From contig JBHGNT010000022.1 of the NCBI GenBank assembly GCA_043228905.1, forward strand, positions 2,232,001 to 2,296,000: 64,000 bases of DNA, in the 5' to 3' direction. Shown here piece by piece: positions 23,331-35,560 of the stretch. Position 1 is the stretch's first letter. Each line of letters starts with the position of its first letter. The stretch is from Azolla caroliniana (taxonomy: Eukaryota > Plantae > Polypodiophyta). The notes under the pieces are model-generated. The model saw only the letters and a list, made by a program, of their open reading frames with translations, searched no databases and had not been told where the DNA came from. The translations under genes and the position numbers were made by a program.

Positions 23331-23913
23331 CGATCACATCATTTGTGGCTATTTAATATAACGATATGTTAATATAGGCATATGTGGTCACGTATATACG
23401 TATTTGATCGTATATATGTGATAAGTAAACATATGTGTATATTCGTTATTACGTGATTATATCGAAAGTTGTCCTTGTCGGGAAAAGGATGTTGGTGGCC
23501 GTCCTCACATTTTTGTGAGAATGGCGTTGTCACCATCCCTTTTTCAACAATTTTTTATTGTTGACAACCCCGTTGATGACCTCGATTTCGTTACATAAAG
23601 AAACGCCTATAGCCATAATGATGTTGAGTACGTAGGGCTTGACCCATTTCAAGTGAGGTCGCTCCAATGACACACGTATCCAACATCCCTCCCTCGTTAC
23701 ATGGATACGATGTCACCATGAGCTCGTTCTTACGAGAGGCATTCGTAATGACGTGACCATGTGATGGGCCACGTGAGCCTACTACGAAACGAGGGCTCAT
23801 TTGGCTTGACCATTAGGTTGCACTTTGGCGTATGCCATCGTAATTACGAGACTTGAGGTTAGGTAACGTACCAACATAGTTTTGGTAAATGAGGGCGAAA
23901 TAAGGACCCTTGA

Positions 23914-26394
23914 ACACTCGTTAGGATGGGTTTTCCAAGTAATTGGATACGAGGAGTTTCAGCATTATATCGTAATGCAAGTAGTTCTCTATTATTTGCA
24001 GGGGACATTGGTAGGCGTTTTTTTATTTCAAGATCTGTACGCCAGGGATGTCCACTTGCTCCTTTCCTGTTTTTGTTAGTATCCGAAGCATTCTCTGTAC
24101 ATTTAAATTCTCCATATGTAAATATTAAAGGTTTAACACTACCAGTAGCAAACGCAAATGTGGATTGTGAATTCGCTGATGATACAACTTTATATGTTCA
24201 GGCCTCACATGGTAATTTGTTTCATGTGCAAAAGGCCGTGGATGATTTCTCAGATGCATCGGGTGCATTGATAAATTGGGATAAGTCATCAGGTTTTTGG
24301 GTCACTTCGGGAGATCCGCCAGTTAATGTACCCTCTTTAGGATTCACATGGATACCTCAAGGTCAGTCCATTAGGTATTTAGGTTGTCGAGTGGGTGTGG
24401 GATTAAAGTCAGAAGATATGATTGCACCCTTATTGTTAAGATTAAGAAATAAATTAGTATATTGGAATAAAGAAAAATTATCTTTAGCAGGACGTGTAGT
24501 TGTAGCTAATGCGGTGTTGTTGTCCTCGATTTGGTATATAGCATCTACATGGCTATTTTCTAGGTCAATAATGTTGAAAGTTCAACGTTTAGTACAGAAT
24601 TTTATTTGGGGGAACAATAGGTCAGTCAATCCTGTAGCAAAGGTAGCTTGGTCTATTCTGATACAACCTAAACAAAAAGGTGGTTTAGGTTTGATTGATC
24701 CATTTATGCAAAGCAAAGCTTTACTTACTAAACATGTTGTTAGGAGTTTATTGCCAGGACAGGAGTTATGGAAAAAGCTATGGATGCAACATCTATATAA
24801 GGTCAAGCCTTCGGTAGGTGGTCAATGGAAGGATAGTCTTAGATGGTTCTTTAATGCAGATTTCCAGCTACCTAAGTCCAATGATGGATCATTGCATTTC
24901 TTCAATGGAATTTTTCGAGCATGGGAAACTCTTCGGCAAGCGCTTGTTTTCTTGCCACCGAAAAGCTATCATCAATTTATGCGTCAACCATTGATATGGA
25001 ATCCTTTATTTACTGATGAAGTTGCATGTGTTTTGGGTTTACGCCCTAGGTTATCATGGGCTGCAATGGATAGTGGACCAGCTCGTACGGTTGCGGATTG
25101 GATAAGGTTTATGCAGTCCTCTACGCTGGAGCAAAGTAATAGGTTATCGAACTTAAGAGGGGCTAAGATCATGTTATCACAATTGTCCAGGGTGTATCAG
25201 GTCACAGTGCCTACATTGCAATTCGATCATTTTCAAAGTTGGTACGGTATGTTCTCGACACTCAATATACTTATAGGAGCTCGGTTATATGATCAAAATG
25301 GTAGCATTTATTTTTATGAAGTGTTGGACAATGGTAGGTTGATACTAGTGGATGAGGAGTCTCAAATCATGTTGGTTGCGAAGCAATTGCCAGTGCGAGT
25401 AATTGCTAGATTAGATAAAAATATATATATCGATCCTAGTCCACTAATAGTTAATTTTTCATCTCATATTTCGGTGTTAGACTCTAAACCTATTGATGAC
25501 CTGCAGTGGGATCCAGCGGATTATGGTTGGAAATTATCCATATCTGACTCTTCGACTAAGATCCTTCCTTTTTTCAAATATTCAGTAGCGTTTGGCAGGA
25601 ATTTTATGTTGAGGCAGACCGAGCCGATACCTGCTGGAAAAAAGTATTGGGAGGAAGGTAATGTTTCATCTACTCATATGGTTATGTTTTGGAAACAGTT
25701 TTGGTCTATTAAATGCATGAATAAGATATTGCATTTTTGGTGGTTGATGATTCATTATGCATTGCCAATAGGTCATTTATTGAGGGGATCGGTGAGTAAT
25801 CGGTCATGTATTATGTGTGGGTTTGCGGATGAGACATTGCATCATGCATTTTGGGAATGTGTTTCCGCAAAAAGTTTTTGGTGTCGAATTCTTAGGCTTC
25901 TAGGTCGTAAGTATAGGTCTGCTATTTTTACGTGGGGTGCAGTCTTTTGGGGAATGTTGGATCAACAAAGGGCTTTTTATCATTATAATCATTCTTCATT
26001 GTCTTTATATGTAAGAAGTTTTCAGGTATATTCTACTTCAAGATCCTTGTAGGGAGTCAAGTTCTTCTCGCGGAGCTATGTTTGGCAGATTGTCTCCTCG
26101 TTGTCTCTATGGGTTCTTTGGAAAGCTAGGTGCTCCAAGTTATACAATGATGAAGACATTCACGTTGTGGATCAGGTAAAGTCTTTTTGGAATTTATTAG
26201 TACATTCGGTTAAAGGTGAGTATGACAGGTATAAAGGCTATGGAAACACAGCCATTCGAAAAAGAAAGAGATTACGACGAGTTTGGTCAGCTATTCCTAT
26301 AATGTTAGATGCATGCACGGAGGTTAGCTGGAATTATGTGCCACCTCGTTGGTTGTTCCCGCCACCAGTACCATTCTTATGGCAAACAACATGA
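23914..26394 (+). pseudogene. LINE ORF2 C-terminal part (RT, zf-RVT)
   Basis: RSVRQGCPLAPFLF, FADD, IRYLG, KLSLAGRVVVANAVL, KGGLGL, CIMCG..ETLHHAFWEC, LWVLWKAR. One in-frame TAG at 26050-26052; ORF 26101-26394 continues in the same frame. Confidence 0.92.
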
Positions 26395-26599
26395 GATAAT
26401 AGGGAGGAGACGGTTGCGGCATGTATGAAGCCTATTTTAATGTAGGTAAGATATACATATGCTAGAAGAAGATATGAGGAAATGGGATGATGTTTTGGAT
26501 GCTGAATCAGGCTAGTAAAAGAAGATTTTAGTGGTATGAGGCAGATTTCGTGTGATAATCAGAGACATCGACATGGTGGATGTGGACAAGTTGAAATAG

Positions 26600-27640
26600 G
26601 TTTAAGTTGTTTTGTGATTAGGATGATTGATGTTGGTGGGGGTTGTTGAAGATTACTAGGAGAAGGTGAGGATTTCTGTTTGTTTTCTACTCGTTTGTTG
26701 GTTGTTAGTGTAACAAGATTGTCGAATCGGAGATAGTGAGATGGTAGATGGGGACATGACGAAGCCGTTTTTCTGTTTTTTGTGGTTAGGATGAGTGATG
26801 TTGGAGTGGGGGCAGAAGCAGATTATTATGAGAAGGCGAGGAATGGTTTTCGCTCATTTTTTGTTGTGATTACAGGGCCGCGTTAATCGGTGAGATGGAA
26901 TAGGGGAAGCAAGATACCCCAGATATGGGCTAACTTAAGACAGATATTATGGTTCTCATAGGTTGCGGGATGATGGCAGTGGGATTTGAAGCAACTTTGT
27001 CATGGTGTGAGGATGAGTGGTGTTGGTGCGAGGGCTGAAGCAGATCAGGAGGGGAGAGGAATCATTGTTCACTTATTTTGTTGTTAATTACACAGGATAT
27101 TGGCGGTACTCGACGAGATGGTGGATGTGGATTGATTGAAGCAATTTGTTTGTTTTTAGGAGTAATGATGGTGGGGGGGACAGAAGCAAATCATGAGGGG
27201 ATGAGGAACCATTATTCACTTGTTTTTGTTGTTTTTTGTATAGGTCAGAGGTGGTATTCGGCGAGATGGTGGATGTGGTTTGATTGAAGCAATTTCTCTG
27301 TTTTTAGGAGTGACGATGGTATCGGGGAACGAAGCAAATCATGAGGGAATGAGGAACAATTTCTCATTTTTGTTGATTCATTGCACAGGACATAGGTGCT
27401 ATTCGGCGCGATGGTGGATGTGGACTAAAGGAAGCAATGTGTCTGTTTTAGGAGTGATGATGGTGGGGGGGATCGAAGCAGCTCATGAGGGGATGAGGAA
27501 TTTTTTACTTATTTTGTTGTTAATTCCACAGGACATTGGTGGCATTCGGCGAGATGGTGGAGGTGGATTGAATGAAGCAATTTGGTTGTTTTTAGGAGTG
27601 ATGATGGTGACGGGGCCGAAGCACATCATGAAGGGAGAGT
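26600..27640 (+). repeat. ~145-bp tandem repeat in the LINE 3' UTR
   Basis: CGGCGAGATGGTGGATGTGG...TTTAGGAGTGATGATGGT...GAAGCAAATCATGAGGG recurs near 27111, 27259, 27404 and 27548, with more degenerate units upstream. Confidence 0.8.
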
Positions 27641-28689
27641 GCATAAGTTGTGGGGGTCAAAGAAAATGGGGTGAGAGGTGGAGATTAGTATAGTACATTT
27701 CATTTTCATGGTCTGTTTTTTTCTCCCCAACAGTTTTTACAAATGCTGGAATCACTTCAGATCTGTTTGCAACTGTTTCTGTTGGGATGGTGAATCTTCT
27801 TATAGCTCCACACCTGACACATATGATTGGAAAGACGGAGGACATGGAATATCATGTGAAATATAAGTTTTCTATGGAGTTCTGTTCTAAGAGCCCGAAA
27901 TTTTGTTTTCTGCAGAAGATCACTGGAATCAATGCTGTGTTTTATGGCTGTTTTTTTTCCAACAGTTTTTACAAATGCTAGAATAAGTTCAGATATACTG
28001 GTGGAGATGAAACAATATTATGTACTATTTGTATACTGCCTCCGGGCTTTTTATTAATACCAATGGAGCATATGTTTTATGGAAAAAAAAAAAGGACCCT
28101 TGACATATATGTTCTTTTAGAAAAAACATATATGATCTCGCATATCTCTTATACGCATCAAACATTAAGCATTCAAGAAGAGCAACTTACTTGGTTGGCT
28201 CAAGTGTTTAATGTATTTGTTCTCGAGGTCTCGAGTTCAAATATGACCAAGACCATACAACATCCTTGATACATATGCCTATAACACATGTTTAGACTTA
28301 AGGTCTAAGTGCACCTCGGGGTCCTCGTAATAGGACTTAAAGAGCCGAAACCACATATGTGGGCACCGAAACATAGTTTATTGTTAACATTTTTTTCGTG
28401 TATAAACTATTCATGACACGAACATACATGGTTGAGCCTCGGGGAGCCACCATGAAAAAATCGATATAGAGATCAGGGAAAGACATTTATTTGTCACCCC
28501 CATGGTTTTTAAAACACCTTTGTGTTACCATAATAACCTGATCTTGAACCTCATCTCATACGTCTAGAGGGGTATTGACGTGAGATCATGATATCGATTA
28601 ATGTTTGCCCATGATATGTTTACATCACGACATGATGTTATGACTATCTCTCTGACCTTATCCTATTTCTTTTCCAGAAATAATCTTTA

Positions 28690-31600
28690 ATGGCTCAAAT
28701 TAACGACCCGATGTCATCCGCTCAAGCAGAAGGAACTCAAGGGAATCCTCCTGGACAAATGTCCACTGAGATGTATTTGGCACAAATAACCCAATACCTT
28801 AGTTTCACTGCTCAACAGATGACCGAACTTCGGCAATCTCAGAGTGCTCTTGAGGCACGTGTCATTAGTCTACAACGTGAGACTAATAGACCTGATGAGC
28901 GACAAGGTGAACCATCATTTGTCGTTAAGCCATTTACGGGAGACAAAAAGGAAAGAACCGAAGAAGCAATCTGCACATGGTTGGGACGATGGGAGTCTCA
29001 TTTTGAGCTCTATCCCACGCCAGATAGTACGAAGATTGCATACGTCGGCCGAGAACTCGGGGGTAAGGCCGCGGCCTGGTGGCGTGGGCTCCGTACTATG
29101 GGGAAATTGCCCGATACTTGGACAGATTTTGTCACGGTTTTTAAGGGCCAATTTCTGCAACCTCCCTCTCGAACCGAGGCAGCACAAGCTTTAATGAACC
29201 TCTCTAACAAGAAATTTTCCTTGCTAGAAGACTATGTTCACCATGCTAGAACCCAAATCCAAAAATCGGGTCTAGAAGGGGACAATTGGTTGATAGCTTG
29301 TTTTGTCAATGGCATCCCCAATTCGGACTATCACTGGATAGTGCACGATAAGGATCCAAAATCCTTCGAAGAGGCCGTTGAAATAGTTCTTCGCTATCAA
29401 CGCACTTCGAAGAAGGACCACAACAAACCCAACGAAGCGCCCGGGACTAAGCAGTCGCAATTTGTTGGGAAACGAAAGACACCCAACGAATTCCTGGATC
29501 GCGATTATAAGCGACAACATCCTTTTTGCGTATTCTGCAAAAAGAAGGGTCATACAAAAGATCAATGTCGAAAGCTCCAACGGAAAGAGCACGACAACAA
29601 AGCTAAAGTTGCAGACCATAAAGGTCAGATTCCTAATGTCCTTCAGGTCAATACACATCATTTAAGTAATTGTCAATGTTCTTTCCCTCACTATGTATTG
29701 GGTCCCAATGATTTACTACGTGAAAACGGGTATATCAATGGATCTCCCGTACAATTTTTATTTGATTCAGGAAGCTCACACAATTTTGTGAATGATCGTT
29801 TGGTTCAGATATGGGGAATCCAATCCACCGTAAGTGATCACACCTACACGGTGCACTTGGCTGATGGAAGAGTACAATACATCAACATGGCGATTCATTT
29901 ATTAGGAATTTCTATTGATACTTATATAGAGGAAGTAGACTTCCATGTAATGAATCTTTGTACCACCGATGTAATACTGGGTTATCCCTGGTTTTATAAT
30001 AAAAACTCTTTTTTATTTATTGATTGGGTTCGTCATTCCATTTCTTTTGTACTGAACGATTGTACGCAATTTATTCAATGTGTAAAAAAACAATCCCTCT
30101 CGATTGTTTCCTCGTTTCCATCAATATCCGAGTTGTCTTGTTCTACGTTATTTTATTGTGTACTTGATCCGGACATTCACGTTTACAATATCGATAATGC
30201 CCGGTTCAATTAACATATTTTGAACAACAGCAACTTGATGAAATCTTAAATGATTTTCATGATGTTTTTCCAAGTGAACTACCTGATGGGTTACCTCCTA
30301 AACGTAATATAGACCATCGTATAGATATTGTACCTGGTGTTGCACCAATAAGTATACCTCCGTATCGCTTAAGTCGATCCGAAGAAGATGAGGTATCTAA
30401 GCAACTCAAGGACTATTTACGAATGGGTTATATATGTTATAGTAAATCTCCATGGGGTGCACGAGTTCTCTTGGTTAAAAAGAAAGAGGGCACATGGCGT
30501 ATGTGTATTAATTACTGACGCTTGAATAAAGTGACGATCAAGAATTCGTACCCATTGCCCCGGGCTGACGATCTAATTGACCGTCTCCAGGGAGCTCGGT
30601 ATTTTACGAACTTGATCTCCGTATTGGCTACCATCAAATACGAATAAGTGAGGACGATGTTCCTAAAACGACATTTCGTACGCGCTATGGCCATTATGAG
30701 TTTTTGGTTATGCCTTTTGGTTTGACCAATGCTCCGGCTACATTTCAACAAGAAATGAATGACATTTTCCGAGAACAACTTGGAAAATTTGTCGTTATTT
30801 TCTTGGATGATATTTTAGTTTATAGCCGTACATTACAAGAACATGCTAAACATGTCCGCTTTGTTTTACAAACATTGCGTGACAAACAGTTTTATGCGAA
30901 GATCTCAAAATGTGAGTTCTTCAAGAAATCAATTACTTATCTTTGACATCTCATAACCGAATGAGGAGTTGAAATTGATCCTTCTCGCATTGAGAAAATC
31001 AAGCTTTGGCCCACTCTTCGGAATATTCGAGAAGTTCGATCATTCCTTGGTTTTGTCGGGTTTTTGCGAAAGTCTCTTCGTAATTACTCCCAATTGACGA
31101 CGCCGTTTACTGATCTTTTAAAAGGTCAAACGCGTAAGTCTACAAAACCTATTGTGTGGAATGCTACACTAGACCTCGCCTTTAAGGAACTCAAGGACCT
31201 GGTTTGTAAGGCTCCTTCACTTCTTTTACCTGATCCTTCAAAACCTTTTGAGGTTGAAACCGATGCAAGCGATTATGCTATAGGTGCTGTCTTGTATCAA
31301 GATGGTAAACCAATAGCATTCGAGAGTAAGAAACTTGATTCTGCTCAATGTCGGTATACCGTTCAAGAAAAGGAATTATTTGCAGTTATACATGCGCTCA
31401 AAACATGGCGCCATTATCTTTATGGAAATCGCTTTGTGGTAACTACGGCCCACGAGTCCTTGAAATATTTTTGTGACCAACAAGACTTGAAAGGTTGTAA
31501 GGCACGATGGGTTGATCTCATCCAGGACTTTGATTTTTCCATACGATATCGTAAAGGTTCCATGAACACTGTTGCTGATGCACTAAGTCGCATCCGTGAA

Positions 31601-33121
31601 GTTAACATGCTTAGCTTCACTGAAATAACATCAAATCTTTATGATCACCTTCGAGGAAAGTATCTTGATGATAGTTATTTCGCAAAATACTGGGCAAGAG
31701 TTGAGTCTGGAACAGACTCCACCACATCCTCGAAGGAATACTTCCACATTGCTAACGGTTTGCTCTACTGTAATGGGAAGGTTTGTGTTCCAAATTTACC
31801 CGAGGTCAAAAAGAGGATTCTTTTTGAATGCCATGATGCACCCTCAACAGGGCACCCTGGAATACATCGTACACTCGTTCTCATCTCCACTCAATTTTAT
31901 TGACCTAAGATGCGTCTTGACATACATAGCTATGTGACTAAATGTCACCAGTGTCAGGTTAACAAAGCCGAGCGACTTAAAGCCGCAGGACTTTTACATC
32001 CCTTGGACATTCCCAATAATAAGTGGGAAAGTATATCCATGGATTTTATTGTTAGCCTTCCTCGCACCCAAAAAGGTCATGATGCCATCTGGGTTGTCGT
32101 TGATCGACTAACTAAAATGGCCAGATTTATTGCTACTAAAACCACGGTAACAACTCCTGAATTGGCTTACCAATTCGTTGACGAATTATTTCGTTTTTAT
32201 GGGTTACCGATGGATATCGTGAGTGATCGAGATCCAAAGTTTACTAGTGACTTCTGGACGCAAGTCTTTAAGAAGTTAGAAACTATGTTGAGCATGAGCT
32301 CCACGGATCATCCTCAATCTGATGGACAGACAGAACGAGTAAATCAAATTAATGAGGACATGCTTCGAGCATACGTTGGTACAAAACCAACAAAATGGGA
32401 ACGTTATCTCCCAATTTTGGATTTTTCTTATAACAGCTCCAAGCATACGTCGACGGGATATAGTCCTTTTATGTTGATGTATGGTTTTCAGCCACGAGCC
32501 CCGATTGATGTTAATATACATCATGATGAGTTGCGAAGTATGCAAAACTTTCTTCGGGATATGCAAGATATGTTGCATATTGCACGAGATAAAATAATAA
32601 CAACTCAAGATAGAGCGCGCTTTTATGCCGATCATCATAGGCAACCTCGTGTATTCAACCCTGGACAGAAGGTCTTTTTACGTGTACCTCACAATTCTAA
32701 GACATTGTCTATGGGTAAGTGCGCTAAGTTAGCCCCACGGTTTTGTGGACCATTTACAGTCCTCGAACGCATTGGGTCATCAGCCTATCGTCTTGCTCTT
32801 CCCGATGGTGTTGGAATTCATCCAGTCTTCCATGTGAGTCGTCTAAAAGAACTTCTAGGTTCTGGCGACAATACAGTTACAACTGAAACTCTGGTTACTT
32901 CTGAAGAATTATCTTCTAAACCACATGTACCAAAAAGAATTCTCGATGTTAAAACAAAAAAATTACTTACTAAAGAAATCCGAGAATTTAAAATAAAATG
33001 GATGGATAAATCAATAAAAGATGCCACATGGGAACGCGAAAATACTCTCAGAACTAATTTCCCTAACTTTCCATTGCAAGAGTGCAATGTTTTAAAGAGG
33101 GGGAGTATGTTACGGGCATGA
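28690..33121 (+). pseudogene. Chromovirus gag-pol with several frameshifts and stops
   Basis: [79 protein letters not shown] and a chromodomain-like C-terminus (RILD..KIKW..DATWE). Confidence 0.93.
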
Positions 33122-33579
33122 CCATTTAATATCCTGTGGTGAGAATTTACCGTAGTATTCTATACACGTGGATAAGTGTGAGGGTTAAACGAGAGTGTAA
33201 AGAAGGGGAGGATTACTTTTAATCCTCGGGATTGAGACAACCCATTAGGTCAAGTGTGAACTTGCCTGGGGGCCTTGGGTATCGCTATAAATAAGAGGCC
33301 TAGCTACCCTCATTTGATCATCTTTTTTACTACATCGAGACTCTGCTCTTGTGGTGGGTCAACTCTTGTAGCGAGCGCGCCAACACCAGGTACGAATCGA
33401 CGCCACAACGGTGGTATGGGACGCCGATCGAGGCTCGAGTCCGTCTCGATCCCTTCGCTCGGGGGTGGTCGGGTGGATCGACACCCTTCTTTCTCTTTCT
33501 CCTTTCTATCTATCATTTGTTTATCCTTATCTTAAGCTTACTTTAGTACTTAGATCTCTAATAATGCCCATAACATACC

Positions 33580-34200
33580 GTTTCTGTTTGGGCATACACT
33601 TGGGGACTTTCGATATGAGGTGATCTCGGTGGTGCAGGTGGAGTTGGTTTTGGGGTCTTCTCATGGTTGTTCGTGGGTGCATGTGTGGGTACCCGCAACC
33701 CACTCATCGAATCTTGGAAAGTCATCACTATGGTGCAAGCTTCCATGAATGACCAACACATCTTGGCAATGAGGAAATTTTGGAGCGTCGGGTCAAACAA
33801 ACAGTTGATGAAGTGGCTCATGAAAATTTCATCTATCATTTTATCGTTTGGCTACATCAATGGTGAAGGCTTTTTGTGCGGCATATGTAATCTCTGACTG
33901 TCTCATTCGCTTCTTGCTTGAGGGCGAAAAGTTGGTCAATTGGGTTCCATTTGTTTCCTCTACAAGTGAAGTTGATTAGGAAGTCTTCGATGAGGTATTT
34001 GAAGTCTGTGATGATACCTTCATTTAGGGTTCTGAACCATACTCCTATTTGATCGTCGAGTGTGAGCTCGAAGGTGATCACTTTGGTCATTTCTGTGAGA
34101 GGTTCGTAGGCTCGACACATCTATTTGAACCTCTCTACGTAGTCATAGGCGTCATCGAAACCGAGAAAGCGAGGGGCTAGTTTTGAAATGGAGGCAGTAT
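33580..34200 (-). pseudogene. Retrotransposon gag domain remnant of the Athila/Tat-like element
   Basis: FELTLDDQIGVWFRTL...FLINF...LFALKQEANETVRDYICR resembles the Retrotrans_gag motif. Confidence 0.75.
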
Positions 34201-34971
34201 TCCCACTATTGTTAGTGGGGTTTCAGGTGTTGTTAGCAGGCGCTCACTCTTTTTCCATCAATGCCATTCCAAGTTCGGCATTGGGAGGTACTAGGGTCAT
34301 TCGATCAAGTGTAGGGCTCGTATTCGTTTGTTCGGGTTGCTCCTTGTTGTAGTCGAGTGTGGGACAGGGCTGAGTTCGTATTCTCGTCGATGCCAATGCG
34401 ATGATGCTTCTAGAAGGTTGAGTTTAGTTTTGAACATCCCAATCCATGAGTATCCTGCCATATCTACGTCAAAGGATTTCGGGTGGTCAGTGTGTTGTCC
34501 CAATGTCGAACTTTGGGCGAGGGTTTGTCGAACTTTGAGGGTTCGGTGAACTTTGATGGTTCGGTGAACTTTGACCTTTCATCGAACTTTTGATCTTTCA
34601 TTCAACTTTGATCTTTCGTCACACTTTGATCTTTCGTCAAAAGTTTGATCTTTTGTCGAACTTTGGGGCAAAAAATTCGAAATTTTTCGGTGCCAACGAT
34701 CGTTTCATGTACAAACAATATGATTGCGATCAGCCTGAATCATGTTGATTCTTCTTACCCTACAATGGCTAGAACTTAACAAGGCTTAGTATTAACTGGA
34801 CGAATAACTTGCTAATGTTTAGGTGATTAAGGGGAGAAAAATAGAACTAAAAAAACAGAAAATAAGCTTAATGAAAACGGGAAATGGTAAGAATTTTAAT
34901 TAACACAAACAGTGGTTTCCCTTTTGATTTCTTCCCTCGTTAAGTGGGTTTCCTACGAGTGTTCATTCGTT

Positions 34972-34989
34972 TCCCCGGAAACAACGCCA
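34972..34989 (-). promoter_or_regulatory. tRNA-Asp-type PBS
   Basis: TGGCGTTGTTTCCGGGGA matches 15/18 of the Athila-type TGGCGCCGTTGCCGGGGA and lies just inside the 5' LTR. Confidence 0.8.
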
Positions 34990-34997
34990 AATAGATG

Positions 34998-35560
34998 TGT
35001 AAGATCTATGTATCAACGGAGTTAATTGCTCCTTGATGTTGTTTGCGGAGTTTAGACCAGCGTATACCCTTTTGATGGCGAATTGGGTAAAGATGGTTTT
35101 CAAACCCCTTTGAGCCTCACACTCACTTAACGATTAGATAATGATTAAGTATGATATCTCTCTCACTCTTTCAAGTTCGCTCTCATAGATAATAAGAGTA
35201 AAGAATATGTTTATTAACCCTCTTTGCTAAGAGGTCTAACACCAAAAAGGAAGAGTGATTAGTGTTTTCTAACTAAACACTTCACTAATCTCTCTTAAGA
35301 TTAAGGAATACAAGAAGCATGAGAGGAAGTTGTAGCTCTTAATCAAATGGGAGATCGTTACAAATGGAAGAGCCTTTACAAAGACACCACAATGTGGTTT
35401 ATATAGCATTTACATTTAAGGTATGACTCTTTCACACTTGGCCACTCATTAGCTCCCTTTCCTCTTGCCATTCACTCTTCATAGTCCCTTTAGCCATACT
35501 ATGTCCTTGTTGATGCATCCTTATTCATGAACGATTGTGGTGCAATCCAAGCGCTTTACA
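34998..35560 (-). repeat. 5' LTR of the Athila/Tat-like element
   Basis: TGTAA...TTTACA termini; homologous to 2089-2644. Confidence 0.85.

Larger units (their letters stand above)
23914..28093 (+). mobile_element. 5'-truncated L1-clade LINE
   Basis: 12-bp TSD AAGGACCCTTGA (23902-23913 and 28092-28103). Oligo-A tail at 28083-28093. ORF2 begins in the middle of the RT domain. Confidence 0.92.
22362..33563 (+). mobile_element. Full-length Ty3/Gypsy chromovirus with a long leader and a nested LINE
   Basis: 456-bp LTRs at 22362-22817 and 33108-33563 (about 13 substitutions by eye). TSD ATGCC. Met-like PBS TGGTATCC. PPT AAGAGGGGGAG. gag-PR-RT-RH-INT-chromodomain at 28690-33121. Confidence 0.93.
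2089..35560 (-). mobile_element. Athila/Tat-like Ty3/Gypsy element, old and non-autonomous (gag plus protease remnants only), host of a large nest
   Basis: Two diverged ~560-bp direct repeats (2089-2644 and 34998-35560). tRNA-Asp-type PBS TGGCGTTGTTTCCGGGGA at 34989-34972 (-). PPT GGAGGGGA next to the left LTR. gag remnants at 33580-34200 and 20826-21526, protease at 4740-5048. No TSD could be recovered. Confidence 0.8.

Noticed and set aside
27078-27693. Repeat-containing ORFs after LINE ORF2 (possible ORF3)
   Set aside because: The unit length is not a constant multiple of three and the frame shifts between units.
28180-28260. tRNA/SINE-like motif (TGGCTCAAGTG...GAGTTCAAAT) in the chromovirus leader
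   Set aside because: Weak box matches, single occurrence, no TSD or tail.
34505-34670. Short degenerate TCGAACTTTG repeats in the Athila/Tat-like leader
   Set aside because: Common low-complexity leader feature, too decayed to interpret.
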